Shown here in pieces: positions 1 to 7,213 of a stretch of 39,112 bases of DNA (positions within the stretch are counted from its first letter, which is position 1; every line of letters starts with the position of its first letter). Origin of the DNA: a virus; the IMG/VR virus record IMGVR_UViG_3300031825_000044, positions 1-39,112 of that record; one strand, written 5' to 3'. The position numbers were made by a program, and so were the translations under genes. The notes under the pieces were generated by a model. The model worked only from the letters and a program-made list of their open reading frames with translations, was not told the origin of the DNA and searched no databases.

Positions 1-255
1 GCCACGGTCGCCGCCACGCGCGCCGCCACGGACGCCGCCACGGACGCCGCCACGCGCGCCGCCACGGTCGCCGCCACGTACGCCGCCACGGACGCCGCCA
101 CGTACGCCGCCACGCGCGCCGCCACGGTCGCCGCCACGGACGACGCCACGGACGCCGCCACGGACGCCGCCACGCGCGCCGCCACGCGCGCCGCCACGTA
201 CGCCGCCACGGTCGCCGCCACGGACGACGCCACGGTCGCCGCCACGGACGCCGCC
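1..255 (+). repeat. In-frame 12-nt tandem repeat (GCC GCC ACG NNC), 21 units in this segment
   Basis: Direct reading: every unit is GCCGCCACG + NN + C. NN is only GA, CG, GT or TA. The only other changes are two GCC->GAC (142-144, 226-228). The array ends at gccgcc|gaaaaa (255/256). Confidence 0.97.
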
Positions 256-1062
256 GAAAAATTTGCAGCAAGCGCCTGCTCGGCGCTTGCTGGAAAAGGT
301 GGGCTCGAGTGCGCCAAGTGGTGGTGGAGGACCTATCAAGGCGGAAACATGTGGGCCGGATTGTCCAGTTACCTCGAGGCTTGCCGAGAAGAACTTGGCC
401 TCGAGCTGCCCGCTTTCGAGAAGTACCAGGCATGGGAAGACGCAGCAATCCATGGAGGCTTTCGCGTGATCCACGAAGAATTCTGCATGGTGAGCGATTT
501 CCCTATGCAGATTCATAAGGATGATCAGCACCGGCCTCACAACCTGAACGGTCCGTCGCATGAATGGCGTGACGGGTGGAAGTTGTATCACGTCCACGGC
601 GTGCAGGTTCCGGGATGGATCATCGAGTGCGCAGACCGCATTTCTATCAAGTCGATTGATGACGAGACGAATGCAGAAGTCCGCCGCGTGATGATCGAGA
701 AGTACGGTCAAGCCAAATACCTGTTGAACTCTGGCGCCAAGAAGGTAAGCCAGGATGATTTCGGCATTCTCTACCGTCGGGATCTGCAGGACGACGAACC
801 GATTGTGATGGTTAGGGTTCTGAACAATACGCCGGAGCCGGATGGTTCTCTGTCTCGCGAAGAAGCCGAGGATGTGTTCGGCAGCGCGGCGGTACGACGC
901 CGTCTGAACACGATGCTCGCGATTGGGATGCCGGTAAGTGATGAGCCCCGCTTCAAGGAATACATGATCCGCGTTCCTCCCGAAATGAAGACCGCGCATG
1001 AGGCTATTGCCTGGACGTTTGATAAAACGCCTAGGACCTATCAGCCGAGCATAGAAACCTGA
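1..1062 (+). CDS. 3' part of the repeat protein: the (A-A-T-X)n array followed by a conserved uncharacterised C-terminal domain
   Basis: Frame +1 is open from nt 1 to TGA 1060-1062. Track ORF 349..1062 is only its ATG-delimited tail. The C-terminal pattern is ...[15 protein letters not shown]...[23 protein letters not shown]...[13 protein letters not shown]...EPDGS. It resembles a widespread domain of unknown function that I recall (possibly Pfam DUF6745), often preceded by Ala-rich short repeats. This is unverified. Confidence 0.8.
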   Translation, partial: ATVAATRAATDAATDAATRAATVAATYAATDAATYAATRAATVAATDDATDAATDAATRAATRAATYAATVAATDDATVAATDAAEKFAASACSALAGKGGLECAKWWWRTYQGGNMWAGLSSYLEACREELGLELPAFEKYQAWEDAAIHGGFRVIHEEFCMVSDFPMQIHKDDQHRPHNLNGPSHEWRDGWKLYHVHGVQVPGWIIECADRISIKSIDDETNAEVRRVMIEKYGQAKYLLNSGAKKVSQDDFGILYRRDLQDDEPIVMVRVLNNTPEPDGSLSREEAEDVFGSAAVRRRLNTMLAIGMPVSDEPRFKEYMIRVPPEMKTAHEAIAWTFDKTPRTYQPSIET

Positions 1063-1077
1063 TCATCGGAGCCAGTC

Positions 1078-1413
1078 ATGCCAATTTACCAAGCCTTCAC
1101 AGCTGCGGAACGTACTGTCGCCCATGACGTTTCCACGAATGCCAATGACATCGCTAGTGACAACGAGATCGATTCCGCGGCCTATCTACGCGCCATAGCA
1201 TCCACTGTCCTGCGTGGCGATCTTTCCGACAAGGCAATGGCGTCGCTGGGCCGTGAACTGCTGCAGCAATACCAGCGTGATGTGATCGGCTTGGTGCTGG
1301 CGGCTGACACGGAACTCGACACGATGATTGCTGAGTTGGAGGGATTATTCCGGCAACGCCGCGCTTTGCTTCCAAACCATCTAGCCTTCGATAGCACTGC
1401 GAGGGTGGCATGA
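1078..1413 (+). CDS. hypothetical protein (111 aa)
   Basis: Track ORF. ATG has GGAG 7 nt upstream (1067-1070). Its stop overlaps the next ATG (ATGA at 1410-1413). Confidence 0.7.
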   Translation: MPIYQAFTAAERTVAHDVSTNANDIASDNEIDSAAYLRAIASTVLRGDLSDKAMASLGRELLQQYQRDVIGLVLAADTELDTMIAELEGLFRQRRALLPNHLAFDSTARVA

Positions 1414-1718
1414 GCACACATACGCCGGGTCCGTGGTCATTTTCCCGTTGGGAACATTTCGGGGATACGCGTTTCTATGTCGCTCAACAGGATGGCGCGC
1501 CGTACACGCCCAACTACTCGGACGTCGCAATGCTTGTGGCTGAAACGGTCATCAGTTAGCACATCGCAATTCAGGAGGCTAACGCCCACCTGATCGCCGC
1601 CGCGCCGGAACTGCTAGAGGCGCTGAAGGCAGTCGAAGGCGCGTATGTATGCGGCGCAGACCTGAATGTCGTGATGGACCAAGTCCGCGCCGCTATCGCC
1701 AAAGCAACCGGAGCCTGA
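1410..1718 (+). pseudogene. Phage 'TPGPW ... ANAxLIAAAPELLEAL' family gene interrupted by an in-frame TAG (1557-1559)
   Basis: ATG 1410 is ATGA-coupled to the upstream gene. It encodes 49 codons (MSTHTPGPWSFSRWEHFGDTRFYVAQQDG...AETVIS), then TAG, then 52 in-frame codons (HIAIQEANAHLIAAAPELLEALKAVEG...KATGA) to TGA 1716-1718. There is no start codon at the beginning of the second half. The next gene starts at 1720. Confidence 0.7.
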
Positions 1719-1719
1719 T

Positions 1720-2037
1720 ATGAGTTCCTACAACATCATCACCGACGCGATCTTCGATGGCCCTGCCGAATCAACGCTTGAGGGGTCATTGCACATCGAA
1801 TTCACCGCAGTACCCGCAGACTCGATGACCGGTTCGCCTGCTGGTGTGGTGGTGGACAAGGTGCGTATCCAGATCGGCGGCGCTTGGCATGAGTTCAATG
1901 GTGATCTGCAGAGTTATTGGCTGCTGATCCAGTGCAGGCGCTATCTCGAAACGGTGCGCGAGGAAGTTTTCTACGAGTTGGCCGACCGCGCTCGTATGGA
2001 TGCGAAGGATCGCGCAGCAGAGATGCGGAGGATGTGA
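1720..2037 (+). CDS. hypothetical protein (105 aa)
   Basis: Track ORF, tightly packed between its neighbours. Its stop overlaps the next ATG (2035-2039). Confidence 0.7.
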   Translation: MSSYNIITDAIFDGPAESTLEGSLHIEFTAVPADSMTGSPAGVVVDKVRIQIGGAWHEFNGDLQSYWLLIQCRRYLETVREEVFYELADRARMDAKDRAAEMRRM

Positions 2038-2156
2038 TGCATCCCGATGATGAATTGATCAAACGCGCCCGCAACAACCGCATGCTGTTCGCGGTGACAC
2101 TGGTGGTGATAGCGGTGCTGGGCGCCGCCAATCTTGTGCAGTTTTTTGGAGGCTGA
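2037..2156 (+). CDS. small membrane protein (39 aa)
   Basis: ATG 2037 overlaps the preceding TGA. MHPDDELIKRARNNRMLFAVTLVVIAVLGAANLVQFFGG has one clear TM helix. It lies in the frame of track ORF 1917..2156. Confidence 0.55.
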   Translation: MHPDDELIKRARNNRMLFAVTLVVIAVLGAANLVQFFGG

Positions 2157-2158
2157 GC

Positions 2159-2350
2159 ATGGACACCCCTATCCGTATGCAGGACCTGCGTCATGTGGAA
2201 ACCGGCCTTAGCACCGAGGAGAAAGCCGCTGCCCGGCGCGCGGGTCTAGCGCAAAAAGCTCGTGCAGCGCTTGGTGGCCGCTGGGTGATGGCACGTGAGA
2301 ACGCGCCGGTCCGCGGTGCCTACAACCCGCTTACTGGCGCGAGGCTGTAA
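2159..2350 (+). CDS. hypothetical protein (63 aa)
   Basis: Track ORF. Its stop TAA overlaps the next ATG (TAATG at 2348-2352). Confidence 0.6.
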   Translation: MDTPIRMQDLRHVETGLSTEEKAAARRAGLAQKARAALGGRWVMARENAPVRGAYNPLTGARL

Positions 2351-3213
2351 TGAACGCCCTAAACATTGAAGATTGGATCGGCCTTCGCTATGGCGAACCG
2401 ATTGATGTGTACCACGCTGACAAGAGCGCGATCAGCAAGACCGGCCTCGATCAGATAAACCAGTCGCCATTCATCTACTACTCGCGCTCGCTTGACCCGT
2501 CTCGACCGGATGAGCGCCAGAAGGTCGGTCAACTTGAAGGCAATCTCGCTCACTGCGCCGTGCTGGAGCCAGACGAGTTCAGCAAGCGCTATATCGTCGG
2601 CCCGGACGTCATCCGCAGCACGAAGATATGGAAGGACTTTGAAGCAGAGAATGTCGACAGGGTATGTATTAAGCCCGATCAATATGAAGCAGCCATGCGC
2701 CAGGCTGATTCGATTCGAGGCCTGCCAGATATCCGTGAATATCTCGGCAATGGACGCGCAGAAGTATCGGCGCGCTGGATAGACCCAGAAACGGGTGTGC
2801 GATGCCGCTGTCGCCCTGATTGGGTTAGCCCATGCGGATCAAAGACTGATCGTCTGCTGGATGTGAAGACCTACAGCGATGCTAGCCCCGAAGAATTCAA
2901 GCGCCAAATCGCGCGGAAGGCATACCACATTCAGGACGCGTTCTATAGCGATGGCTATGCGTTCGCGTCTGGGCGCGATGTGGTCGAGTTCATCTTCATC
3001 GCCGTCGAGACCGAGTGGCCATTCGCGGCAGCAGCCTATCGCCTCAATACCGACAGCCGCGAAGAAGGCTTCAATGAATATCGGCGCCTACTTGATATCT
3101 ATGAGGAGTGCCTGCGTTCCAATAAGTGGCCTGGGTACACAGAGCAGACAGTCGAGATCGAATTGCCGGCCTATGCATTTGCTACTAGGGAAGTGGAGAT
3201 TTCTTATGTCTGA
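2350..3213 (+). CDS. PD-(D/E)xK recombination exonuclease (exodeoxyribonuclease VIII / DUF3799-like)
   Basis: 287 aa. Pattern: ...SKTGLDQINQSP..Y......E.Q..G.LAHCAVLEP..F...RPDW...LLDVKT...F.RQIARKAYHIQDAFY...IFIAVETEWPF. This matches what I know of RecE-C-terminal/DUF3799 phage exonucleases. Confidence 0.75.
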   Translation: MNALNIEDWIGLRYGEPIDVYHADKSAISKTGLDQINQSPFIYYSRSLDPSRPDERQKVGQLEGNLAHCAVLEPDEFSKRYIVGPDVIRSTKIWKDFEAENVDRVCIKPDQYEAAMRQADSIRGLPDIREYLGNGRAEVSARWIDPETGVRCRCRPDWVSPCGSKTDRLLDVKTYSDASPEEFKRQIARKAYHIQDAFYSDGYAFASGRDVVEFIFIAVETEWPFAAAAYRLNTDSREEGFNEYRRLLDIYEECLRSNKWPGYTEQTVEIELPAYAFATREVEISYV

Positions 3214-3799
3214 CATAACCGATCTGCGTGGCACCATCGTGCCACGCAGCGATCAATTAAACGCTGAACAATTGCTCAGCGGTGACATGACTATCACCCT
3301 GACCGATGTGCGCATGGGCAGCGAGGACCAGCCTGTGATTCTGCATTACGAGAATGATCAGGGACGTCCATTCAAGCCATGCAAAACCATGCGAAAGCTT
3401 TTGATCTTTGCATGGGGGGAAGACGGCAGAAACTGGATCGGTAAGTCGATGACTCTATATAACGATGAGAAGGTGCGCTTCGGCGGAATGGAAGTTGGAG
3501 GCATTCGCATCCGCGCGCTGAGCCACATTGAGCGCGAGATCGCTATCTCATTGATCGCAACCAAGGGAAAGAAAGCTACACACAATGTACAGCCTCTAAG
3601 GGTCGTCACGCTGGCGGAGGTGCTGGAGGCTGTTGCATCGGCCACGAACAAGAACGGAATGGATGCGGCAAAGACGATGGCCATGCAGTTGCTCAATGAA
3701 GATGATGTGCAGGTAGCATCCGCAGCCTATGCGGCGCGCGTGAAGGAACTACGAACCCGTCCTGCCACTGCTATGCAAGACCAGCAGAGAACAGACTGA
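3206..3799 (+). CDS. hypothetical protein (197 aa), translationally coupled to the exonuclease
   Basis: ATG 3206 has GGAG 7 nt upstream and overlaps the exonuclease stop by 8 nt. MSDITDLRGTIVPRSDQLNAEQLL... I see no RecT/Erf/Rad52 motif. Confidence 0.7.
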   Translation: MSDITDLRGTIVPRSDQLNAEQLLSGDMTITLTDVRMGSEDQPVILHYENDQGRPFKPCKTMRKLLIFAWGEDGRNWIGKSMTLYNDEKVRFGGMEVGGIRIRALSHIEREIAISLIATKGKKATHNVQPLRVVTLAEVLEAVASATNKNGMDAAKTMAMQLLNEDDVQVASAAYAARVKELRTRPATAMQDQQRTD

Positions 3800-3809
3800 T
3801 ATTCACTTC

Positions 3810-3849
3810 GCCGCGCGTCTATTCCCCGTCCGAGGCGCGCGGCCTTTTT
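3810..3849 (+). terminator. rho-independent terminator after the recombination genes
   Basis: Stem GCCGCGCG (3810-3817) pairs with CGCGCGGC (3836-3843) and is followed by CTTTTTATT. Confidence 0.7.
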
Positions 3850-3861
3850 ATTCATTGAATC

Positions 3862-4932
3862 ATGGGCGCCTACTACAACGAGATCGAGCCATATGCAGCC
3901 CAGTGGCTGCGCAACCTGATTGCCGATGGCCATATCGCGCCAGGCGACGTAGACGAGAGAGATATTCGAGATGTTCGACCAGACGACCTTCGCGGATACA
4001 CCCAGTGCCACTTCTTCGCAGGAATCGGAGTCTGGTCACTCGCGCTCCGTCGTGCCGGCTGGGCCGATGATCGACCTGTTTGGACCGGTTCCTGTCCGTG
4101 CCAACCTTTCTCCGCGGCAGGCGCAGGACTTGGCTTTGCTGACGAGCGGCACCTCTGGCCGTTCTGGTACCACCTCATCAGCGAGTGCCGCCCTCCAGTC
4201 GTCCTTGGAGAACAGGTTGCGAGCAAGGACGCAGATCCTTGGGTCGACCTTGTACACGATGACATGGAAGCCGTGGATTACGCCTTCGGGACGCAGCCGT
4301 TCCCGGCTGCGGGCGTCGGTGCGCCGCACATCCGCGACAGAAACTACTGGCTTGGCGTCGCCCTGGGCGACGCCAAGCGCGAGGGACTGGCATTCGGCAA
4401 GCGGCTCTCCCGAGTTTCTGGAGGGCAGGCTGGCTCAACCGCGCGGGAAGCCATTGAGCGAGCAGGTGTTCACACTATGCGGCTGGCCGACACCGGCCGC
4501 AGGCGAATTCATACCGAAGGACCTGGACAGATTGCGAGAGCGTCGTCAGGAGTGCAAGGACAGAGTGGGCAACGGCAATGGCTTCGGCTTGACGTTGGGG
4601 CAGGCAGCGCCGTTGCTGGCGGGCTGGCCGACGCCAACCGCGACGGATGCGAGTCGCGGGGATCTACCGCCTCGCCCGCACGACACGGGAATTCCACTGG
4701 GGCAACGGGTCGCGATGATCGACACGTCGCAGCCGGCCCGATTAACGGCCTCTGGAGAGCTGCTGACTGGCTCCTGTGCCGGGATGGAAAGTGGCGGCCA
4801 GTTGAACCCGGCACACAGCCGCTGGCTCATGGGGCTTCCGCCCGAGTGGGACGACTGCGCGCCTACGGCAATGCCATTACCGCGGAAGCCGCGCGCGTCT
4901 TCATCGAAGAAGTAATGGAGTGCCTGCCATGA
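3862..4932 (+). CDS. DNA (cytosine-5) methyltransferase, phage type (356 aa, frame +1)
   Basis: Motifs: I FAGIG (4015-4029); IV PCQPFS (4096-4113); VI GEQV (4207-4218); VIII HIRDR (4327-4341); X GNAI (4867-4878). N-terminus is [16 protein letters not shown]. The central 135 aa are G/R/A/S low-complexity. Confidence 0.85.
   Translation: MGAYYNEIEPYAAQWLRNLIADGHIAPGDVDERDIRDVRPDDLRGYTQCHFFAGIGVWSLALRRAGWADDRPVWTGSCPCQPFSAAGAGLGFADERHLWPFWYHLISECRPPVVLGEQVASKDADPWVDLVHDDMEAVDYAFGTQPFPAAGVGAPHIRDRNYWLGVALGDAKREGLAFGKRLSRVSGGQAGSTAREAIERAGVHTMRLADTGRRRIHTEGPGQIARASSGVQGQSGQRQWLRLDVGAGSAVAGGLADANRDGCESRGSTASPARHGNSTGATGRDDRHVAAGPINGLWRAADWLLCRDGKWRPVEPGTQPLAHGASARVGRLRAYGNAITAEAARVFIEEVMECLP
3971..4915 (+). 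CDS. Nested alternative-frame ORF (314 aa, frame +2) with W(A/P)TP repeats and an LNPxxSRWLMGxPxEW motif
   Basis: ATG 3971 is preceded by GAGAGAGA. The frame is stop-free for 945 nt entirely inside the MTase ORF. Motifs: WATPSARD (4364), WPTPAAGE (4484), WPTPTATD (4625), [16 protein letters not shown] (4802-4849). Central composition is balanced and protein-like. Expression is unproven. Confidence 0.45.
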   Translation: MFDQTTFADTPSATSSQESESGHSRSVVPAGPMIDLFGPVPVRANLSPRQAQDLALLTSGTSGRSGTTSSASAALQSSLENRLRARTQILGSTLYTMTWKPWITPSGRSRSRLRASVRRTSATETTGLASPWATPSARDWHSASGSPEFLEGRLAQPRGKPLSEQVFTLCGWPTPAAGEFIPKDLDRLRERRQECKDRVGNGNGFGLTLGQAAPLLAGWPTPTATDASRGDLPPRPHDTGIPLGQRVAMIDTSQPARLTASGELLTGSCAGMESGGQLNPAHSRWLMGLPPEWDDCAPTAMPLPRKPRASSSKK

Positions 4933-5126
4933 ACCTATTATCCCGTCTCGACTCGCACAACGAGTTCACCGAAAGCGCCGAAGCTAGGCAGCTAAGAAAA
5001 GATGCTGCTGATGAGATTCGGAGGCTCCGATACGCGCTCGACAACGCCAAAGGTCGCGCCGAAGCCGCTGAGATTAAAGCGAGCACATTGGAGCGCCTGG
5101 TGACGCGCGACAACGGAAGGAGATAA
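4929..5126 (+). CDS. hypothetical coiled-coil protein (65 aa)
   Basis: ATG 4929 overlaps the MTase TGA (ATGA). The track lists the GTG-extended version 4920..5126. Confidence 0.6.
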   Translation: MNLLSRLDSHNEFTESAEARQLRKDAADEIRRLRYALDNAKGRAEAAEIKASTLERLVTRDNGRR

Positions 5127-5135
5127 GGGGCAAAG

Positions 5136-5687
5136 ATGAAAGCCTGGACACATTGGACAGAAGAAGACGACGCCAAACTGCGCGAGCATTGGGCGAATGG
5201 CATCCCGGTGCGAAAGTGGTTTACTAATTTCCCGGGACGCAGCCAATCCTCAATCTTCTGCCGAGCGCATGCTCTTGGCCTTCCCGCACGCAACAAGACG
5301 GTACAGCGCGATGAATGCGTGACGTGGCGCATGATTCAGCGCGTGCTTTCCGATGGAGTGGCGAGGTCAGCCAAAGAAATCTCCATTCTCACCGGGTTCC
5401 ACAGTGCCTATATCTCACTTCAACTGAAGCGTCACTATCCGGAACATCTGCATATCGTCGGATGGGTTGGGCACCGCATGAAGATGCCGCGGTGGATACT
5501 TGGCCCTGGCGAAGATACGCCGAAGCCGGCGCCGATCTCGCATAGTGCGGCATCGGCGAAATGGCGCAAGAAGATACTGAATGAACGGCCGGAAATGATC
5601 GATGCTAAGAACGCACGCAGGCGCCTGCGATATGCCGAGCGTGCCGGGACTTTGATCCGCCGCGACCCAGCTGCGGCGTGGATATAG
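5136..5687 (+). CDS. putative DNA-binding protein with a Myb/SANT-like N-terminus (183 aa)
   Basis: WTEEDDAKLREHWANGIPVRKW is a SANT/Myb-like W-x-EED...L...W pattern. A possible wHTH lies around SAKEISILTGFHSAYISLQLKR. AAGGGG sits upstream of the ATG. Confidence 0.55.
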   Translation: MKAWTHWTEEDDAKLREHWANGIPVRKWFTNFPGRSQSSIFCRAHALGLPARNKTVQRDECVTWRMIQRVLSDGVARSAKEISILTGFHSAYISLQLKRHYPEHLHIVGWVGHRMKMPRWILGPGEDTPKPAPISHSAASAKWRKKILNERPEMIDAKNARRRLRYAERAGTLIRRDPAAAWI

Positions 5688-5696
5688 GGGAACGAG

Positions 5697-5915
5697 ATGA
5701 GCAACATGACACTATCGCCAGATGAATTGAAAGAACTGACGCATAGGTGCCGTCCCGGTGCGCAGGCGCGTGCGCTTCGGGCTATGGGTATCGAGCACAA
5801 GGTGAGACCAGACGGCAGCGTGGCCGTATTGCGGTCGCACGTTGAGGGGCAGATGGGTGCGCCGAATGACACTCGCCAGCCCGCTGCGTGGGAACCGAAC
5901 TGGAGTGCGGCCTGA
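5697..5915 (+). CDS. DUF4224-like small protein, probable excisionase/recombination directionality factor
   Basis: 72 aa. LSPDELKELTHRCRPGAQARALRAMGIEHKVRPDGSVAVLR matches the DUF4224 pattern commonly found directly upstream of phage integrases. Its TGA overlaps the integrase ATG. Confidence 0.6.
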   Translation: MSNMTLSPDELKELTHRCRPGAQARALRAMGIEHKVRPDGSVAVLRSHVEGQMGAPNDTRQPAAWEPNWSAA

Positions 5916-6967
5916 TGCCACGTCCGCGTAACAAGGAGAATCAGGGCCTGCCGACGCGCTGGCGGCGGCGCCGTGGCGCCTACTACTATCAGGTCCCGCC
6001 CGGCCTGGAAGCGATGTGGGATGGGAAAAAGGAATTCCGGCTCGGCGCGTCGCTGCCAGAAGCGTACAAGGTCTGGGCCGAACGCCTGGCCAGCGCCGAG
6101 GACACGCGCACGATCGCTCAACTGCTGGACCGGTACTCGCTCCAGGTCGTGCCCACGAAAGCCCCCAGCACGCGAGTGCAGAACCAGGTGGCGATCAAGC
6201 GCCTGCGCGCCGTGCTCGGCAACGCCCCCATCTCCGGGGTCCGGCCCCAGGTGATCTACCAGTACATAGAGCACCGGCAATCGAAGGTCGCAGCGCGCCG
6301 CGAGATTGAGATCCTGTCGCACGCTTTCACCAAGGCGGTCGAGTGGGGAATCATCGATAGGCACCCGTTCAAGGGCGAGGTGCGCCTGGCCAGCGAGAAG
6401 GCGCGCACGCGCTACGTGGAGGACTGGGAGATCGTCGAATGCCTGTCGCTGGAATCGAAACGCAAAGCGGGTAGCGTCCTCGCGGTGCAGGCCTACATCC
6501 GGGTCAAGCTGATCACTGGGCTACGCCGCGGGGATCTGCTGCGCCTGACTATGTCCGACCTGCAGGAGGACGGCATTCACGTCACGCCGGCGAAGACGGC
6601 CGGCAGCACCGCAAAGCGGATCATCCTGGCCTGGACGGACGAGCTGCGTGCCAGCGTCGAAATGGCCAAGCAGGCGAGGCCGGTGCGTATCTCACCCTGG
6701 CTCTTCTGCAATCGCGACGGGCAGTCCTATCTCAATGAGGAAACGGGCCGGGCCGGCGGGTGGGATTCGATGTGGCGCGGCTTTATGGAGCGCGTGCTGA
6801 AGGAGACGGAGGTCAAAATGCGCTTCAACGAGCACGACCTGCGCGCGAAATGCGCAAGCGATGCAGCTACGGTGGAGCATGCGCGGGCGCTGATGGCCCA
6901 CGCTGACAGCAGGATCACGGACCGGGTGTATCGGCGCAAACCTGAGTTGGTGCAGCCTCTGCGGTAG
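5915..6967 (+). CDS. int: tyrosine recombinase / phage integrase (350 aa)
   Basis: ATG 5915 overlaps the upstream TGA. MPRPRNKENQGLPTRW.... Catalytic pattern: TGLRRGDLLRL (Arg), HDLRAK (H-x-x-R), HADSRITDRVYRR (His...Tyr). The track ORF 5888 is a GTG extension. Confidence 0.9.
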   Translation: MPRPRNKENQGLPTRWRRRRGAYYYQVPPGLEAMWDGKKEFRLGASLPEAYKVWAERLASAEDTRTIAQLLDRYSLQVVPTKAPSTRVQNQVAIKRLRAVLGNAPISGVRPQVIYQYIEHRQSKVAARREIEILSHAFTKAVEWGIIDRHPFKGEVRLASEKARTRYVEDWEIVECLSLESKRKAGSVLAVQAYIRVKLITGLRRGDLLRLTMSDLQEDGIHVTPAKTAGSTAKRIILAWTDELRASVEMAKQARPVRISPWLFCNRDGQSYLNEETGRAGGWDSMWRGFMERVLKETEVKMRFNEHDLRAKCASDAATVEHARALMAHADSRITDRVYRRKPELVQPLR

Positions 6968-7041
6968 TGGCTGAATAGGACACCGCCAAATCTATAGGGC
7001 GCCATCAGCAACCACTAACCCGCAAAGCCATATGGAATCAG

Positions 7042-7072
7042 TGGCGGAGAGAGGGGGATTCGAACCCCCGAT
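7042..7072 (-). other. attP core: 3' end of a tRNA-Ser-like gene (T-arm, acceptor 3' strand and CCA)
   Basis: The reverse complement reads CGGGGGTTCGAATCCCCCTCTCTCCGCCA. That gives a T-stem GGGGG/CCCCC, a loop TTCGAAT, an acceptor strand TCTCTCC, discriminator G and CCA. There is no D-arm or anticodon arm further 5', so it is a fragment lying 75 nt downstream of int. Confidence 0.75.
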
Positions 7073-7213
7073 AGGCTATTAACCCGTGCTTCAATCTACC
7101 ATATCCCGTTGATTTTAAAAAGAATATCTCTGTTTAGTCTCCCTATAGCACTCCATGCTGACCGCTCCTAAGTGCTTGATTTTACTGTGCAGGCATATCC
7201 CCTATAGGACAGA

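Noticed and set aside
1-255. The 12-nt repeat array considered as a CRISPR-like or non-coding satellite array
   Set aside because: There are no spacers. Units are contiguous, in frame, and continuous with an ORF that is open on both sides. The unit is far shorter than CRISPR repeats.
3873-4438. Minus-strand ORFs inside the methyltransferase locus (3873-4265, 4036-4329, 4178-4438)
   Set aside because: Their translations are Arg/Pro/Ser-rich without motifs. Unlike the plus-strand +2 frame, they show no family-like sequence.
5435-6364. 309-aa ORF antisense to the Xis-like and integrase genes
   Set aside because: It is Arg/Ala/Gly/Pro-rich with no motifs, and it lies opposite a gene with clear integrase motifs. 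This is a typical GC-rich antisense artefact.
7042-7130. A complete tRNA-Ser gene on the minus strand
   Set aside because: Only the T-arm, the acceptor 3' strand and CCA are present. The upstream 60 nt cannot form a D-arm, an anticodon arm or a GC-rich variable arm, and the 5' acceptor strand would pair at only 5 of 7 positions. I interpret it as an attP core.
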